Shown here one piece after another: positions 25,060 through 39,374 of a DNA stretch of 64,000 nt. The notes below the pieces were generated by a model. The model was not told the DNA's origin, ran no database searches, and saw only the letters and a list, made by a program, of their open reading frames with translations. Both the position numbers and the translations under genes were made by a program. Within the stretch, counting starts at the first letter, position 1. Every line of letters starts with the position of its first letter. Source of the stretch: Euprymna scolopes (taxonomy: Eukaryota); assembly GCA_053919585.1 (NCBI GenBank), contig CM132809.1. One strand, written 5' to 3'.

Positions 25060-25320
25060 TTCTTATCTTGGGTGTCATTTTCCCAACGTTTCGGTCGATG
25101 TAACTTCCAGCCTTCTTCATGCGTATCTTGTCAAACTCGGGGGGTGTTTCTGTCGAACTTTGGAAGTTAGACGGAATTTCGAAATAAACTCGTTATTTAC
25201 TTCACAGGGGTAGCATGCTCTCGTTCCGTCAGCCATGACTGAAAAGAGATCCTAAGTATTTTACAATTGTGTTTTTCGCTCACCCACACTGAGAATTGAA
25301 CCTCCAACCTTCAGGATAAT
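25060..25320 (-). mobile_element. Paralogue of the 15030-15270 PLE-type repeat, HHR decayed
   Basis: Shares AACGTTTC.G.CGATGTA, TGTCAAACTCGGGG, GGGGTAGC.TGCTCTCGTTC and AACCTTCAG. Confidence 0.65.
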
Positions 25321-26602
25321 ATCACTTTTTAAAATTGATTTTTCCAAGTACTCAAATCACAGTTAGCTGGTCAATTACAACATTTTAAAAAAGTTGAACT
25401 TATTTTATTTACCTTATTTACATATTTCTCAACTATTCATCTCACCGTGTTTCATGTTTCAGTGAATTTTTAATAAAGGGAAGTGATTAATAAAATTAAA
25501 CAACAATGCTATTTTTATTGAAGGAAATTATCTTACCAAGTGAAAATCTATTTCGTTATTTAAATAGGAGCAAATTAACTTCACGGTCATTCATACTACT
25601 TATTTTTATTTTTATTTTTTGATTCGTGGGAAAACTTCTAAAAATAATTATATTGTTTTGTATAAAGCTATTTTAGAAATCGCAAATGCGAAACATTGTG
25701 AAATGAATTTCTTTTTTGTTCTTTATTTGTTGTTTCTTTTTGTTTCCTTATTATAAGCATGTTTTTGTCCTGTAATTCCTCACCTTTAACATTGTGTGCC
25801 AGATTTATTCTATTAAAGACATATTACATGAAGTCTCTATTTGAATTCAAGTGCAGTTTGTCTATTTTTATTATGCAGAAATTTATAAACTTAAACACAG
25901 CCCAGTCTTTGTGAAAGCAGCAAGGAATACAGGTTTTCAGTTAATCAACAAGTAGACACAACGTTAAGCACATCGATGGCCTTCACTAAATAGTAAGATT
26001 GAATTAGTGCATGTTTTTTTTACCGTCAAGTCTATTAGAGAGAAAAGTATGAAGAACTGATCAGCTCACAAAGGATTGTAAAATCGAAGAGACGTTTGGT
26101 GCACGTGTTGTTTATTCACTTCAAACCGGAAAAAGGATGATACACAAGGTTAAAAGGTGAGGATAGAAAAGGTTAGCCCGCCTGAGCATGTTAACTGTGA
26201 ATCGATATAAATAGCCTGAGCAATCCTGTCAGAACGCCTCAAAGAATAGACAATAAGCCAACCCCTTACCAGAAAGAGATTGAGCAGAACCATAACAAGN
26301 NNNNNNNNNNNNNNNNNNNNNNNNNNNNNNNNNNNNNNNNNNNNNNNNNNNNNNNNNNNNNNNNNNNNNNNNNNNNNNNNNNNNNNNNNNNNNNNNNNNN
26401 NNNNNNNNNNNNNNNNNNNNNNNNNNNNGAAAATCCGAAAATAAAAGCGTATTATTTATGTTTTGTTTTGTTTACAGAAAGTTCAGACAAGTCATCGGTA
26501 CCGTCGGTTCCGAACTCGGTAGTTGGGGACCGTTTTAGATACCCACATCAAACTCTCTTCAGCCAATACTCATCTATTTTATAACCGGAATATATATATA
26601 TA

Positions 26603-26639
<37 letters not shown>

Positions 26640-26642
<3 letters not shown>

Positions 26643-26995
26643 TAATGGGACGGTTCCAATATTTTCCCGATACTGATACAATTACAGATTCCATACTAAA
26701 TTCCAGATTCCGATACACTTTCTGATTCCGGTACTGATTCTTTATAAGTCTCTAAATATTTAACTTTAAAGTTGATATTTTCCCCGATTACTGTAAAAAC
26801 ATACGTTAAATGTGCATATATTTTCTTAGGCGTAAAAATACACTTGTGGGGGGGTGATTTATCGATGTTAGTTTTACTGGTATTTTAAAATTTAATAAAT
26901 ATTTATTATTTTGTGATTATTATCAGTAATGAAATATTTTTTTTAAATAAAATCGAATATAAAAGACGATTAAAAGAGTCGTTTTGGCATCAGAA
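26640..26995 (+). mobile_element. hAT-type MITE copy (family of 42286-42716)
   Basis: CAGTAATGGGACGGTTCCAATATTTTCCCGAT start, colinear with the 42-kb copy. Right end not identified. Confidence 0.7.
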
Positions 26996-27290
26996 TATAT
27001 TATACAAATTATATGCATATAATTAAGCAATTCATGTGCCATAGTGCGCATACTATGAAATCAATATATAATTTTGAATAGCCAATCATTTATAGAATTG
27101 TTCTATCTATATTATCTGTTTGACTGATAGTCGAGGACGTATCCTTGACTGTTATAAGGTGCATTTTATTACAACAGTCAGACAAATGGTATTTTTATAT
27201 GAGCACATTAAGCCGCACCGACGTGATTGTTGATATAAAAAAGACTGGAAATCATCATCATCATCATCATCATCATCGGTTTAATATCCG

Positions 27291-27575
27291 GCATAATCGT
27301 AGCATAATCGCGTTGACACACCAGGTCCTGTTAAATCACGGAAGTTAAGCAAAGTTGAGCCCGGTCAGTACTAAAATAGGTGACCATTTGGGAATTCCAA
27401 GTGCTGTATGTTCTCTCTGCTTATCTCAGCAGTTTCCGACCGTTCTGGATTTATTCTTGCAACTGGACTCAAGCAGTACTGATTCAGGAGAGATATGGTT
27501 GAAGATTGTGCAACCCTTGCCTCACAATAACATGCGCAATCACCCTTACGGGGTTCCCATTGCCATTGGCTGTAA
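27291..27575 (+). mobile_element. 5S rRNA-derived SINE with 8-bp TSD
   Basis: 5S-like head at ~27297-27410 (GAAGTTAAGC, GGTGACCATTTGGGAATTCC, GTGCTGTA). TSD AATATCCG at 27283-27290 and 27576-27583. Confidence 0.78.
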
Positions 27576-30500
27576 AATATCCGTTTTACATGATAATGTG
27601 TTAGTTTAATAATTCAAACAACGCAGTTCTCTTAATTTGTTGTTTATGACGTAAATATTTTCCGTATATACCTTTAACGTTTTACTGAGAGACTATATTT
27701 ATGAAGTGCATACAGATGTGAATTGATGACCAAGATGTGCCAAGTTCGAATCCTGTCGGTTCCATAACAGCACTTTCACTATGGGGTAAAAACAATGTGA
27801 AGGGTAAAAACCCTTCACATGGGTTTTCTGGATACTAAAAAATAATTCGAGACACTACTGTCATAAACAGAATTAAATCGGTTCGCATGGGTGTGTTAGC
27901 TAGATATTAAATTCAATTTTATAAAACTGAACGTCATATGATACCTAAGATTGAAACCAATTTGTCAACATCGATTTTAATGTTTGTAGCTTGCACCTTG
28001 CATGAATTATTTATCTAGTGTTATTTTTTTCTTTTTGCAGGCATATCTCTGTAACTGCAGCCAGCCTGTAGTTAACTGAGTGCTGTCTGTTTCATTGAAC
28101 CAGATCGCAACCTTTCTTATTTTGGTTGCACTGGTATCACATTTTTTTTTACTGCAATTTTATCTGCATTCACACCTCTGCAAGTGTGATATACATTATA
28201 TAAAATATATTTAAGTGCACTTTGCAAGGATACTGAAATGTGGAAACGTACAATAATGTTAAATTGTAAATTGTATAGACTCAATTACTCTATGTTGGAA
28301 ACGGTGTACAAATGAAACTAATTCACCAATTTATTTCCGTTTATAAATAATAACAAATTAATTTTACAACTACTCATGTTTTCTTTTTCATTGCATATTT
28401 AATTTCAGTCTATTTGCGTGTGTTGTTTAAAACTTGCAGGGCTACCTGACGTTGCCTTGAGCAAAAGTATTTCTACTAAAGTGTCTATCTCTTTTCTCTC
28501 TTATCCAACCCCTACCGTCTTGGATTTATCTTCTTCCAGCTTTTCCACCTCCCTTTCTCCACCTTTTTATCTAGTGCTCAGCCCAGTCTTGTCTCTTTCA
28601 ACATGCACACATACACACAGACAACTTTTCTTTATATAGTTTCATCAAGGAACGAGTCGTTATAAGAGATGTATGTCCCTTATAAAAATTCAGATTTACT
28701 TTCATTTAGTACAAACCATAATTAAAAATCAATTTTCCTCTTCCTTACGATATTTACGCCAATGTTGCGTCAAGTAATAAATAATTTGTTCACAAATTTC
28801 CGCTATTATTAATCCAGAGCAACGCTGACATGACAATTTAATATATCACATTTGTGGCTGTTTATTTGGTTGTTTTTGAATTTTGATCGGACATACACAT
28901 GTACACACGCACGTACAACTGTTCTTTATATAATAGAAGGAATACAATCACATTTAAACGTGTTTCACTGTTGCAGACTCGATTATATAAACTGTGCAAA
29001 AATGAAATCAATATTCAAAACATAACTTCTGAAATGTAGGATCAGTTCTGTTAAGAGATCATTGTACTACAGGCTTGAATGCCTTTCCTCCTTTGTCAGA
29101 AATTTGGAAATAATACATTTTTCTGGATATTTTCATGATAATCTGAAAGTTTGGTGCCCAAAGAATAAAAGAATGCAATGAGCAAAGAAGCATTTCTGTA
29201 GTAATGTTTGTTACTTGAAAAAACGTCTGTTCATGAAAATTTTGCCTGATGCTGGACACATGGAGAGAAAAAGTAAAGTCTTTCACCATTGTGGCAGTAG
29301 ACGAGTTCTTGGTGTGAATGTTTTATAAGCAGAGAGGATTTGTCCTAGGAATATCCGCCTTTATTCATGCACGGTATTGTCATAAAATAAAAAACATATT
29401 AAAGCTAAATTTTGGTAGGAGACACTGCTCTAAGTTCGCAGCAAACCTGTTTTTTCCTGGTTTTGAGAATGACAAATACTTGTAGCATTACATACACGTG
29501 TTTAATATACATTACTAATAATATAATATACACAAACACACTAGCAGGCGTTCTCAGACTCGAATTATCTCCTCTTGGAAATGTAAAGGTCGCTACTCTG
29601 TATTGTATAAAACGCTTTATACAACAAAGTCAGTCTCCTTGTTGAGCCAAACTAACAACTGCCAAAACTTCACAATTGTTACGTTCTTCCTTCGTTATGA
29701 CTGCTAATAAAACGCCTTTATACCTTGTGTTCGCTCACAAACATACTTTACACGGTATGTAAAACTTCTGTTATCGACATAAATACATAGGCACACATCT
29801 GTACACATAATCTTTTGATTTCGTTTTGCATATTTTTGCGAACACAATTTTATATCAAATCCAGTCAGGTTCACAAACAATTTATTTTTGTATAATTCTT
29901 TGTTTTCGAGCTGTTGCTTTCTTTTCATGGGCAAATGCTTGTTTTTGAATAAATAAACGCACATAACAGAACCGGCGCTGCCAAACCTCTGACACACTTT
30001 TACCCATTTTTGAGAATTATCATTTTGTCTTGTACACAACTTATGTTTTAGAGACAAACCAAACCAAGTCTAAATAAAAGTAATAAATTAATTAATAAAG
30101 TCTGCAATTTGTTTTTTCTTTTTAAATTTTAATCTCCACCCTAACACAAAACTTTTTTGTTTATCTGTTGGGTTGAATGGGAGGTTCGAGTGGTGTATTT
30201 CATAGGTTGGATGAGTGTGGAAGAATTTGTCTGTTGTGGAGTGGGTCCGAGTTTTTTTCTTTAATACAATAATTATGTTCACTTCAAATCTAAGTAGCAT
30301 ATACGGGGTGGACGTTGAAAACTAAGAATGCATAAAAAGTCTTAAGTTGTTAATCTTCTTTGCCTATCCACGAGGTATGGATGTATTACAATCTTGGCTC
30401 ATTGCCAGCAACAATTAGTCAGAAAAGTTGTCTCGGTCCAGGAAGAGATACTGCTTATATTTATGAAGATGTCGCTCACAGGGATGTTCCTTTTCTTTAC

Positions 30501-31955
30501 TAACAATCACCGTTTAAATAAAGAAGTTCTTTGATCTTTTGGTTAGGATCAAAGTGCAGTATGTCTTCTAATACTGCACTTCATATTTTTGTATTCGTTT
30601 TGTGAAGGAAAAATTTTTCAAACCGAGGCAATTTTTAATCTTATTATAATCCAGAGTTTTGCTAATTCGGAAGCAAAGTTTTTATTACATTATAAAACCA
30701 ACATTGTGTGTAACTCTGCCCTTGTGAGATGGCGAGCAAATTGGAAGAAGGCACTACTTATCAAGTCGTAAAGTTCACTCGAGGATAAAAGTCAACGAGT
30801 TTATAAGGAGGACATTGATACAACACAGTAAGGTTAAAGTTGGTCAGAATTAGATTATTTAAAAGGATGGTTTGACAAGAATTTGTTTATATTAGACTAG
30901 AAAACGAACTTATAGTCAGCTGGGAAGCAGTATAGTAGTATTGTGTTCTATAGGGATGAAAATTTTTATTTAGAAGTAATGTTTAGTTTTGAGTATACAG
31001 AAAGAGAAAGGAAATTATTTATAGTGTTTTGAGTCTTGGCTGTGCAAGTTTTACTGGGTAAATAAAAGATTAGAGCTCAGTCGAGCATCTATTATAAAAA
31101 AAAATGATAGAGTAGGGAAAAACCAGTTAATGTTACAAGAACAGGCTTCTGTTCTTGTAAGTGAGTAAATATGAAATCAAGGATAAGGATTCGAACTTGC
31201 GAAGCTAGATTTGGAATTGAAAATTCCAATCATAAGTTAAAATAAATACAGAATGTTATTGAAAATAAGGAATGTGGAGTTGCCATTGTTTAGCTCACAC
31301 AATATAGTAAGATATCTGTTTATTGAAAAAGGAATGTAATGATGAAATTTGTTTCTGTTATAAAAATGAAAATTAAAATAAGAGATTTAAAAACGGACAA
31401 TGGAACATGTTATTTGTAAGTGGGTTACGAAAATTAGGTTAGAGGGCTGGCTTTGTAAGAAACATGTGAATAACAATGCATACTTAAAAACGGAGGCATG
31501 TCATGTCATGTGTTCTGAGAGACACGTGCTGGTCATGCAGTAACGTCATGAGTAAAGAATTTAGTTAGATAAGTGAGAATCAGGATCAGTCAGAGAGAAG
31601 AAGCGAGAGGAGTCAGTGGAGAGAAGCAGAGAGGTTCAGACCGATTCTCCGTTAGAGTCAAGGCACCCTCTGGAATTGAGAGGGTTTTAGAGATAACCAT
31701 GTAACAACTTTGAATCCCTGAAATAAAAAATCATGTCCGACCGGTCGAAGAAGAAATAAACGCATCATCATGTGTTTTTATAACTGCCGTCTTCTGTGTT
31801 CATTATTACAACGAGAAAGGTAATGTGTTTATATTATATGTACAACTATCAAACGTAAATATAAAACTATATCTCAGTCTATCTATCAAGATATTCAAAA
31901 ATCTCTTCTAGTTAAATTACAGGCGTGGTGCTCCTGTAGTAACATGTACACTATC

Positions 31956-32001
<46 letters not shown>

Positions 32002-33639
32002 CTATCTTTCTCTTTATATGTACCCTGTTTATGTCTCCAACACTCAACAATATGAACACTCACAATGAATATATAATATCTAACATCCAACAACATGATC
32101 ACACACATGAACACACTAAGACTCTTAAAACATCCTAAGACATATGAACACTCAACAGCATGAACACTCCTAAGACTGTCTCTATCACTCTAAGGCTCTT
32201 ACTAACATGAACAACAACGAATATATAAGTCGTCATCTAAATAAGAACAACGAAACATACTACACATATTTGGCATTCAAAAATAAAACCCAGTATATAA
32301 CAGTTACTTTTCGTTTTTATATTGGACTTATTTCAACATTTCATGTACATTATTTTGATACTGTAAAACACATCACTGTAAATATGCCTGCAATGACGTC
32401 AATTATGAAAATCAAACATAACACGGCTTTAAGTTTCGGAAGTTTTTAGATAAGGATAGATATATTTTCTTATTTGTATTTTTCAGACTATTGTTCTCAT
32501 CTTAGTTGCTATATTCACAAATGTCCAAGTCAATGTAATTTGAAGTTCGACGACAAGGTTCCCAAGTTCGAAAATATAAATCTGAGGAAGGAAAAAAAAT
32601 CATTATGAATATATAAACAAATATAAGAAGAGATTTGCTAGTCTTTCTCTGCTCTATCATTATGTTTTTCATGGTAGGTGATCAACAGGTTCCCTCTGTA
32701 CAAAAATTCTTAACAAAAAAATTCCTCTAGCTACATCCGCTGGCATTAATTTCCCTTTCTCTCTCTGGGTACCTAGAACTTAACTTCCATGAGGAAAGTT
32801 TCTTTCCCAGAACTATTCACATGTGGGATACAATGCCATGAGGTTGCTTCCCAGCCGACTAGAACATAGTCGTTTTCAAGTCCAATCTAAACAAATTCTT
32901 GTTGAATCATCCTCTTAAATAATCAAAACATGCTCAGTTTTAATAATCATTACGAATCTTCAAGGTCTGTCTCACTATCTACTTAACAAACTCAGTTACT
33001 CTTTGTCCCGAGTTGGCCTTTGGAAATTGACGAGTGACGACGTGTTAATATGAAAAAGGTAGACAAAAAACAAAAACAAAACGAATATTACACTGACGAT
33101 TATGATGATGCTCATCATCATCATCATCAGTTTAATATTCGTTTTACATGATGGCATGTGTTGGCCCCAAAATACATATAACGTAGATTTAAAGATTTAA
33201 AAACGAAGTAAAAAAAATCAATATACATCTTTAACGTTTTGTTGAGAGATAGAAGTGAGGAAGTGGATATTGACGTGGATTGATGACCTAGGTGTGCAAA
33301 GTTCGAATCCTATTAGTTCCATAGCATTACTTTCACGCCATTCATATGCTCTCTCCTGTAAATAGCTGATTCTAAAAAAGTTAAAGAAACTAATGCAACC
33401 GACAGAACTAAACTAATCAATACTTGCCAACTGAACACTTTACATTAAAGTTTAATAAATTCGTCTGAATAAGTGTAACTGTCATTAGATTTTGGCTTTT
33501 TATAGAATACATTTGGTATTTTTGTCGCTTTATAAATCACAATGTCGAAATATTAAAGCTTAATTGCCCTTTGCTAAATTTTTCACCATAAAATAATTGC
33601 TAAATTGTTGTTGGCAACCATCTGTCTTGGGACACGATT

Positions 33640-34140
33640 GTGTAACAGTGGAGCTACATAGCCTGGGCAGTGTAATATGGGAGGATAACTGTTGGCTGTG
33701 CAGCAGTCCCTTCCCTCCCTCCCAAAGCCAGAGGATCAACGGGAAAGACAGAGTCGATTCAACTTGGCTTTAACTGTGCTGCAGGAGTTGCCGGTGATGA
33801 CAATATAAAGTAAGATCATCTTAGATACTCTATCTCCGGATTTTCTGTTGGGGTTTACTCCCTTAGCCTTCCCCTCATGTGGTAATCCTGCAATGCAGCA
33901 GAGGTTTGAAATCAGAGTTGCATTCTCTTAGGTTAGCTGCCATCCAACACCGATGAGCCCTACCTGCCCAAAGTAACTTGTTTTAAGGTGCTAGTGGACT
34001 GCCTTTACCTCTTCTTCCAGTTAGTAGAAATAGTTTCACCGAGCTTGGTAGGTAAACCACATGAGAAAGCCATGAATTGAACTTAGTTATCAGAGACTAT
34101 TTAAGATGTATACCATGAAGACATTTTTTAGCTTATACCC
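33640..34140 (-). mobile_element. Probable RTE-type LINE/SINE 5' UTR remnant
   Basis: GGGCTCATCGG...GGCAGCTAACCTAAGAGAATGCAACTCTGATTTCAAACC motif, related to 55765-55830. Family assignment is from recalled similarity only. Confidence 0.4.
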
Positions 34141-35004
34141 ACTACCAGCTTTGGTTGTGACACGCTTTGCAACCTAATTCCTATGTATTGATCCTTTACA
34201 TCGCTTTAAAGCTAAAATAAGGTAGATGCCTTTACATTCGGGTGGTGCCAATACTTCAAAATCTTTGGATTCGGCATTAAATAACCCAAAAAGGGTTGAT
34301 ATGCCGTAAAACAAAAACAACAAACCTAATTCCTACGTATTGGTGCTTTACATAGCTTTAAAGCTAAAATAAGGTAGATGCCTTTACGTTCTGGTGGTGC
34401 TTCAGCCAATACTTTTAGGTGAACTGATACCAAGGGATGCCAAACTATTTTTGAGATCAGGTCGCTTTGTTTGTCATTCGTTCGCCCTTGTCTGTGAGCT
34501 AAATGTGGTGTTTTTCTTTAGTCATGAGTTTCGCAACTGCATACTTGCATCAGAATAAAATTATTCTATAATCATAATTCACGCAGTTGTTAATTCTCTC
34601 ACATAAAATAGGAGGCTAAACAATCACAATCAGCATGTTTCTGCTATTAGTATTGGTTCACCTGGTTCTTTCTAGAAAGAATCTGTCAATTGCAGGAAGG
34701 GGGCATAAAACACTTGTCTACATCCCTAATTGAAAGCAGAGCTATAAATTAAACTGGATTCGAACTTACCGCACTCAAATTGTCAGTCCATGTCATTATC
34801 AACTTAACCACTATCATCTTTCAATTACTTCTGTTTCAAGACAGGTAAAAACGATGATGAAGAAGTTAATGTCGAAGGTTGACCCCAAAATTCGAGATCC
34901 GAGAGTCCCTTAACTCTCCCGGGCCATAAGGACACTGCATTATGTCATGCAGTGTGTCTTGGACAAGAATAACATGGCGATGCCCAGCTCTTTCCAGGCT
35001 TCAG

Positions 35005-35085
35005 AGCACATACAGCACCTGATCATATCAAATATTCACCCATTCTAGCACTGCCCAGGCTCAAAGTTACTTAATTTTATGATAA
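35005..35085 (-). mobile_element. Decayed 5S-derived SINE head
   Basis: Minus strand GAGCCTGGGCAGTGCTAGAATGGGTGA...GGTGCTGTATGTG. Confidence 0.55.
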
Positions 35086-35829
35086 TGTCATATATAGCAG
35101 TTGAGTTAGGTAGATTATTTCTTTTTTAAATTATATTCACGCCTAAGCAAATCATATTGCCACTAAATCTTAAAGTGTTTCCTTGATAGATGTCACATAG
35201 GTGTGGAGTTGGGCAGCAAGGTATTTATTCACATAATATTTTAATTTCCGTATATAATATTTAAATTTCTACATGTTGGTTCTGTCAGAAAAACAGGAGG
35301 AAAACTCCAAAGAAAAGAAAGTGAGTAGAAAATCGTTTAGCATCTACTAACCTCTACAGTGCGAGGCAGTATTTCGTGGCTCGTCATGTTCGTTGTATGT
35401 TGAAAGTTTTTCAATGTTATCGTTTTATTCACCTTATTTATTTTTTTATTTATTTATAAACTAGAGGCGCTCATGTTTAATGCAATTCACATTGTTTTCT
35501 GATATTTCTCTTGTCTCCTCACAAGGTGAAAGTAAGAAAATAGGTTGGATTTTAATGTGAGGAACATCCAGCTCCCAAAAAATGGGCACTCTGTATTGGA
35601 ACAAAGTTAAAATTGCGTCAGTCTAGAAGGAATTCTCTTTCACTGAATGAGAACAGAATAGAATGCAACATTAGAACATTAACCCTTATCCCTGAGTGGC
35701 TTCCGGGCCTTGATAAGTGGTGATCACTGTGTAAAAAAAAAAGAAAAGATACTACTTTAATGCTACACACGTGTTACCATGTAGACCCCGTTGTAAGGAA
35801 CATAAGAAAAAGAAAAGCTGAAATTGAAC

Positions 35830-36512
35830 ATGTACATCAAATCCTTTGCCAAGGCCGCTGGAAAAAATGGTGGGATCCTTTTATCGAACCAGTAGATATC
35901 TATCTGATGATGCAATTCTCTACCTACATAAGAGTCAGATACGTATAAGCATGGAGTATTGTTGCCACATCTGGGCATGAGCTGCTAGGAAAATACTTAT
36001 CCTGCCTTGACAGAGTCCAAACTAGACTTTGTAGCCTAGTGAGAGAAGTCTTTTCTCTTCCCTGCAACCTCTTTCTCAAAGAAGAGACGTTGCGAGCCTG
36101 TCTCTGCTTTATCGTTATTTTCATGGCAAGTGATCTTCTGAGCTCCAATCTACGCCCCTCTTGCCAAACATTCATGAAAAACACATGACAAGCTGAAAAC
36201 ACTATCAATAATTTCCCCACTCTTTATCGCTGCCTAAATCTAAACGTAGATTCCATGAACAAAGCTTCTATCTTAGAACTGCATACCTGTGGAACTCTCT
36301 TCCGTTTACCTGCTTTCCAGCTGACTACAATATGGTCATCTTCAAGTCAAACAAGTTCTTGATGAGCTGTTCACCTTAAGTAATCCAATTTACCAAATGT
36401 ACACTTCTAACGATTAATATATTGTCCTTTCGACCACTGTACACTCTTTTACTCTTATCCTCGAGTGGACTGTGGGCCTTGATAAGTGGTGAATTATTTG
36501 TAAAAAAAAAAT
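35830..36512 (+). mobile_element. CR1-group LINE 3' fragment
   Basis: Colinear with the 3' third of the 58300-59941 copy, ends in an A-tail. Confidence 0.9.
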
Positions 36513-37390
36513 TCAACTCACTGTTTCAGGCTTTAACAAAATACATTTATTTCTCCTTCTTTGGTCACACGTGACTTCCTGTCTTGGTTGTGACGTCTCT
36601 AACATGATCATACATTCTTTTTATAATCTTTTTGCTTTTTCCTTGCTGTGACGTTATCTTGCACATGGCTCGGTCATTTGTATACAGCTGACATACGTGC
36701 GTCCGCCCTGTTACACTACACTTTGTTCTTAGTCAAAAAGGTCAAAGAACATTTGATTTCATTCTTAGAATCAGCTGTTCATTCCTCAACTCACTTGATT
36801 TGTTTGTAAACATCCAACTTTCAGATCAGTCTAGGTTTCCATGAGGCAGTTCACTATTTTCTGGTGATAGTTTTATGTTCATGGTCGTAAAGAAGGAAGA
36901 AAAAAATCGACGTCTATTTAAATCTTATTATTAATCATAAGATCAAATAAGAATGAAATCTACAGAATTAAGATCAACTTATTGCATATATAAAAAAAAG
37001 TTCATGTAAAACATGACAATTTAACGAATGATATGATTTAGATTTACATTTTTATGAAACGAATTAATATCCCGTCATACAATATTCATTCTTCCTGCTT
37101 TGTTCATTGCATATTTTTCTGGGGGCCATTTGCATCTCTTTATGATAAGCATGTCATAAGCCTTGGTATTGATTTATGAAATTCCTTTTAATATGTAAGA
37201 AGCTTCTTAAAAAGAACTAAAGAGCAATAGAAACCGACATCTCTGAAAATGTATTAACAATTCTATGACGTCATCGGCACAAACATAAATGAGATGATAG
37301 ATTGAGAAGGCTTTTATTATTCATGTAAATGTCTAAATGTTTGCGCAATGCTTCCGGCGATTTCTTTTTCATTACAGAACGAGATTTTCC

Positions 37391-37412
37391 CATCATCATC
37401 ATCATCATCATG

Positions 37413-37465
<53 letters not shown>

Positions 37466-37543
37466 GAGCACCATCGTTATCATGAATAGGAGAATCATCA
37501 TCATCATCGTAATCATCAGGGGCAGCAGAAGCAACAACATGGA

Positions 37544-37578
<35 letters not shown>

Positions 37579-37638
37579 GGAGCATTATTATCATCATTAT
37601 CATCATGATCAGGGCAATATCAGCAAGAACAGCGCATC

Positions 37639-37670
<32 letters not shown>

Positions 37671-37779
37671 CAGAGGCATCATCAGAGGCATCATCATCAT
37701 CAGAGGCATCATCATCATCAGAGGCATCATCATCACCATCATCATGATTGGGGCAGCAGCAACAACATCAGTGTCATCC

Positions 37780-37821
<42 letters not shown>

Positions 37822-37850
37822 GGGGCAGCAATAGCAGGGGCATCATCATC
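37391..37850. repeat. Compound (CAT)n microsatellite
   Basis: Read directly. Source of the poly-I, poly-H and poly-M ORFs. Confidence 0.95.
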
Positions 37851-38651
37851 ATTTGTAGCAGCAAAGAGGTAACAGTGGCTATGTAGTTAACAATGCAGAC
37901 TGGCAACCTGTGTGAGCCAAGTTCAAGTCCATTTCGTTTCACAGAAACACTTTTACTTTCGCAACATTTGTGTCGTCCCTCCTATAAGTACCTATTGTAT
38001 TTCTAGAAAGAATTCTAACTAGAAAGATATTGGAGAAATGAATGACAACAATAATCATCTAATTCATTCCAAATTAATGAATGGGTGCACGATACTCCAC
38101 AAAAACAACAACAAGCAATGGCAGAAGCAGCATCGTCGTCGTCATCATCATCATTATCGTTACGATCATCATCAGTTTAAATCTATTTTTATTACTTCTT
38201 TTCATATTTCCATTGACTTTATCCTGTCAAATGACCAACATCAAATGTTTTACATCTAAAACACTCTTAAAACACTCTCAAACATTTTTTCAGCATAATA
38301 ATCGATTTAACATCGGTTTCACATGCTGGTATATGTTGGCCTTTAGAAATGTTTAGAACCTATCTCTGCCCAGGTCTTTATTTTTCACTCTTCCCAGATT
38401 CCTCTTTAATATTCTTCCTATATTTTCCTTGACCTTCTTTCACTAACTGATTCAGTTACTTAATTTTTTTTTAAATGAGCAGCACTCATCATAGGCAGGT
38501 TGAACCAGCTTTCTCTTAAGGAAAGTGGAAGTATCTAGGGAATATCAAATTCAAAACTTGTCCCCAGTCGCATGTATATGCAAGTTAGAAGAGATAATTG
38601 TGTTATGTTTTTGGAGTTCATGCAGCGAGATTACAACGTCCTCCTATATAC

Positions 38652-38762
38652 ATCGCCTGCTATTCCCAACTGCTTATCCATTTAGGACTGACCAGGCTAA
38701 ACGGTGCTTAACTTCAGTGATCTAAAAACTAAAAACAATGTGACAATGTGCTTATGTTGTAT
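38652..38762 (-). mobile_element. Decayed 5S-derived SINE head
   Basis: Minus strand GATCACTGAAGTTAAGCACCGTTTAGCCTGGTCAGTCCTAAATGGATAAGCAGTTGGGAATAGCAGG. Confidence 0.65.
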
Positions 38763-39374
38763 ATTGCTATATCGACTGTTCTATATTTACTTATCTAAGA
38801 ACTTTCTCTTTCTTTCAATATGACTTTACCAACAAATTTTTTCCATTGTTTTCTCTCCTGAAGAACTTTTTCTTTTGATTTTCACATAATTTTCTAGAAG
38901 GTCAGAAAAGATTAGAGCAGAGAGTTTGGGTTTTCTCACCAAGGTGTGTGAAAGTGCCCCAAGAAGGCCAGGAAGTGAGCAAGCATGCAGACACATAAGT
39001 AGACTCCCGTGTGAGGACATTGAGACATCCCAAATAAATTTATATTTACAAAATATCAAGTTGTTGTCCTGTGTTTCACAAAGAAGAAAAAAAAAACCAA
39101 GTATCTCAATCGTCTTCTTGATGTTAATATGCGAACAGTCATCATAGCGCCCAGCAGAAGGAAGACAAAGGACTTCCGGACCGAAAGGTATGAAGCATAA
39201 TTCTTTTTCCATATATACCATCCTCTTCTTCTATATCCCTCCGGTTATGTAAATACAAACAATTCTGATACCCTGCTATACAACAAATAGTCTTCACAAT
39301 TATCAGATGCTAAGGCAAATAAACGAAGGAAGAGTCTCACTACAAAACGCAATAAATGCTATTCTCGAAAGTGT

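Noticed and set aside
31408-31810. Solo-LTR-like segment (TGT...ACA, AATAAA), similarly 36522-36720
   Set aside because: No TSD, PBS or PPT found, so it cannot be supported.
37271-37942. Poly-His, poly-Ile and poly-Met ORFs
   Set aside because: Translations of the (CAT)n microsatellite.
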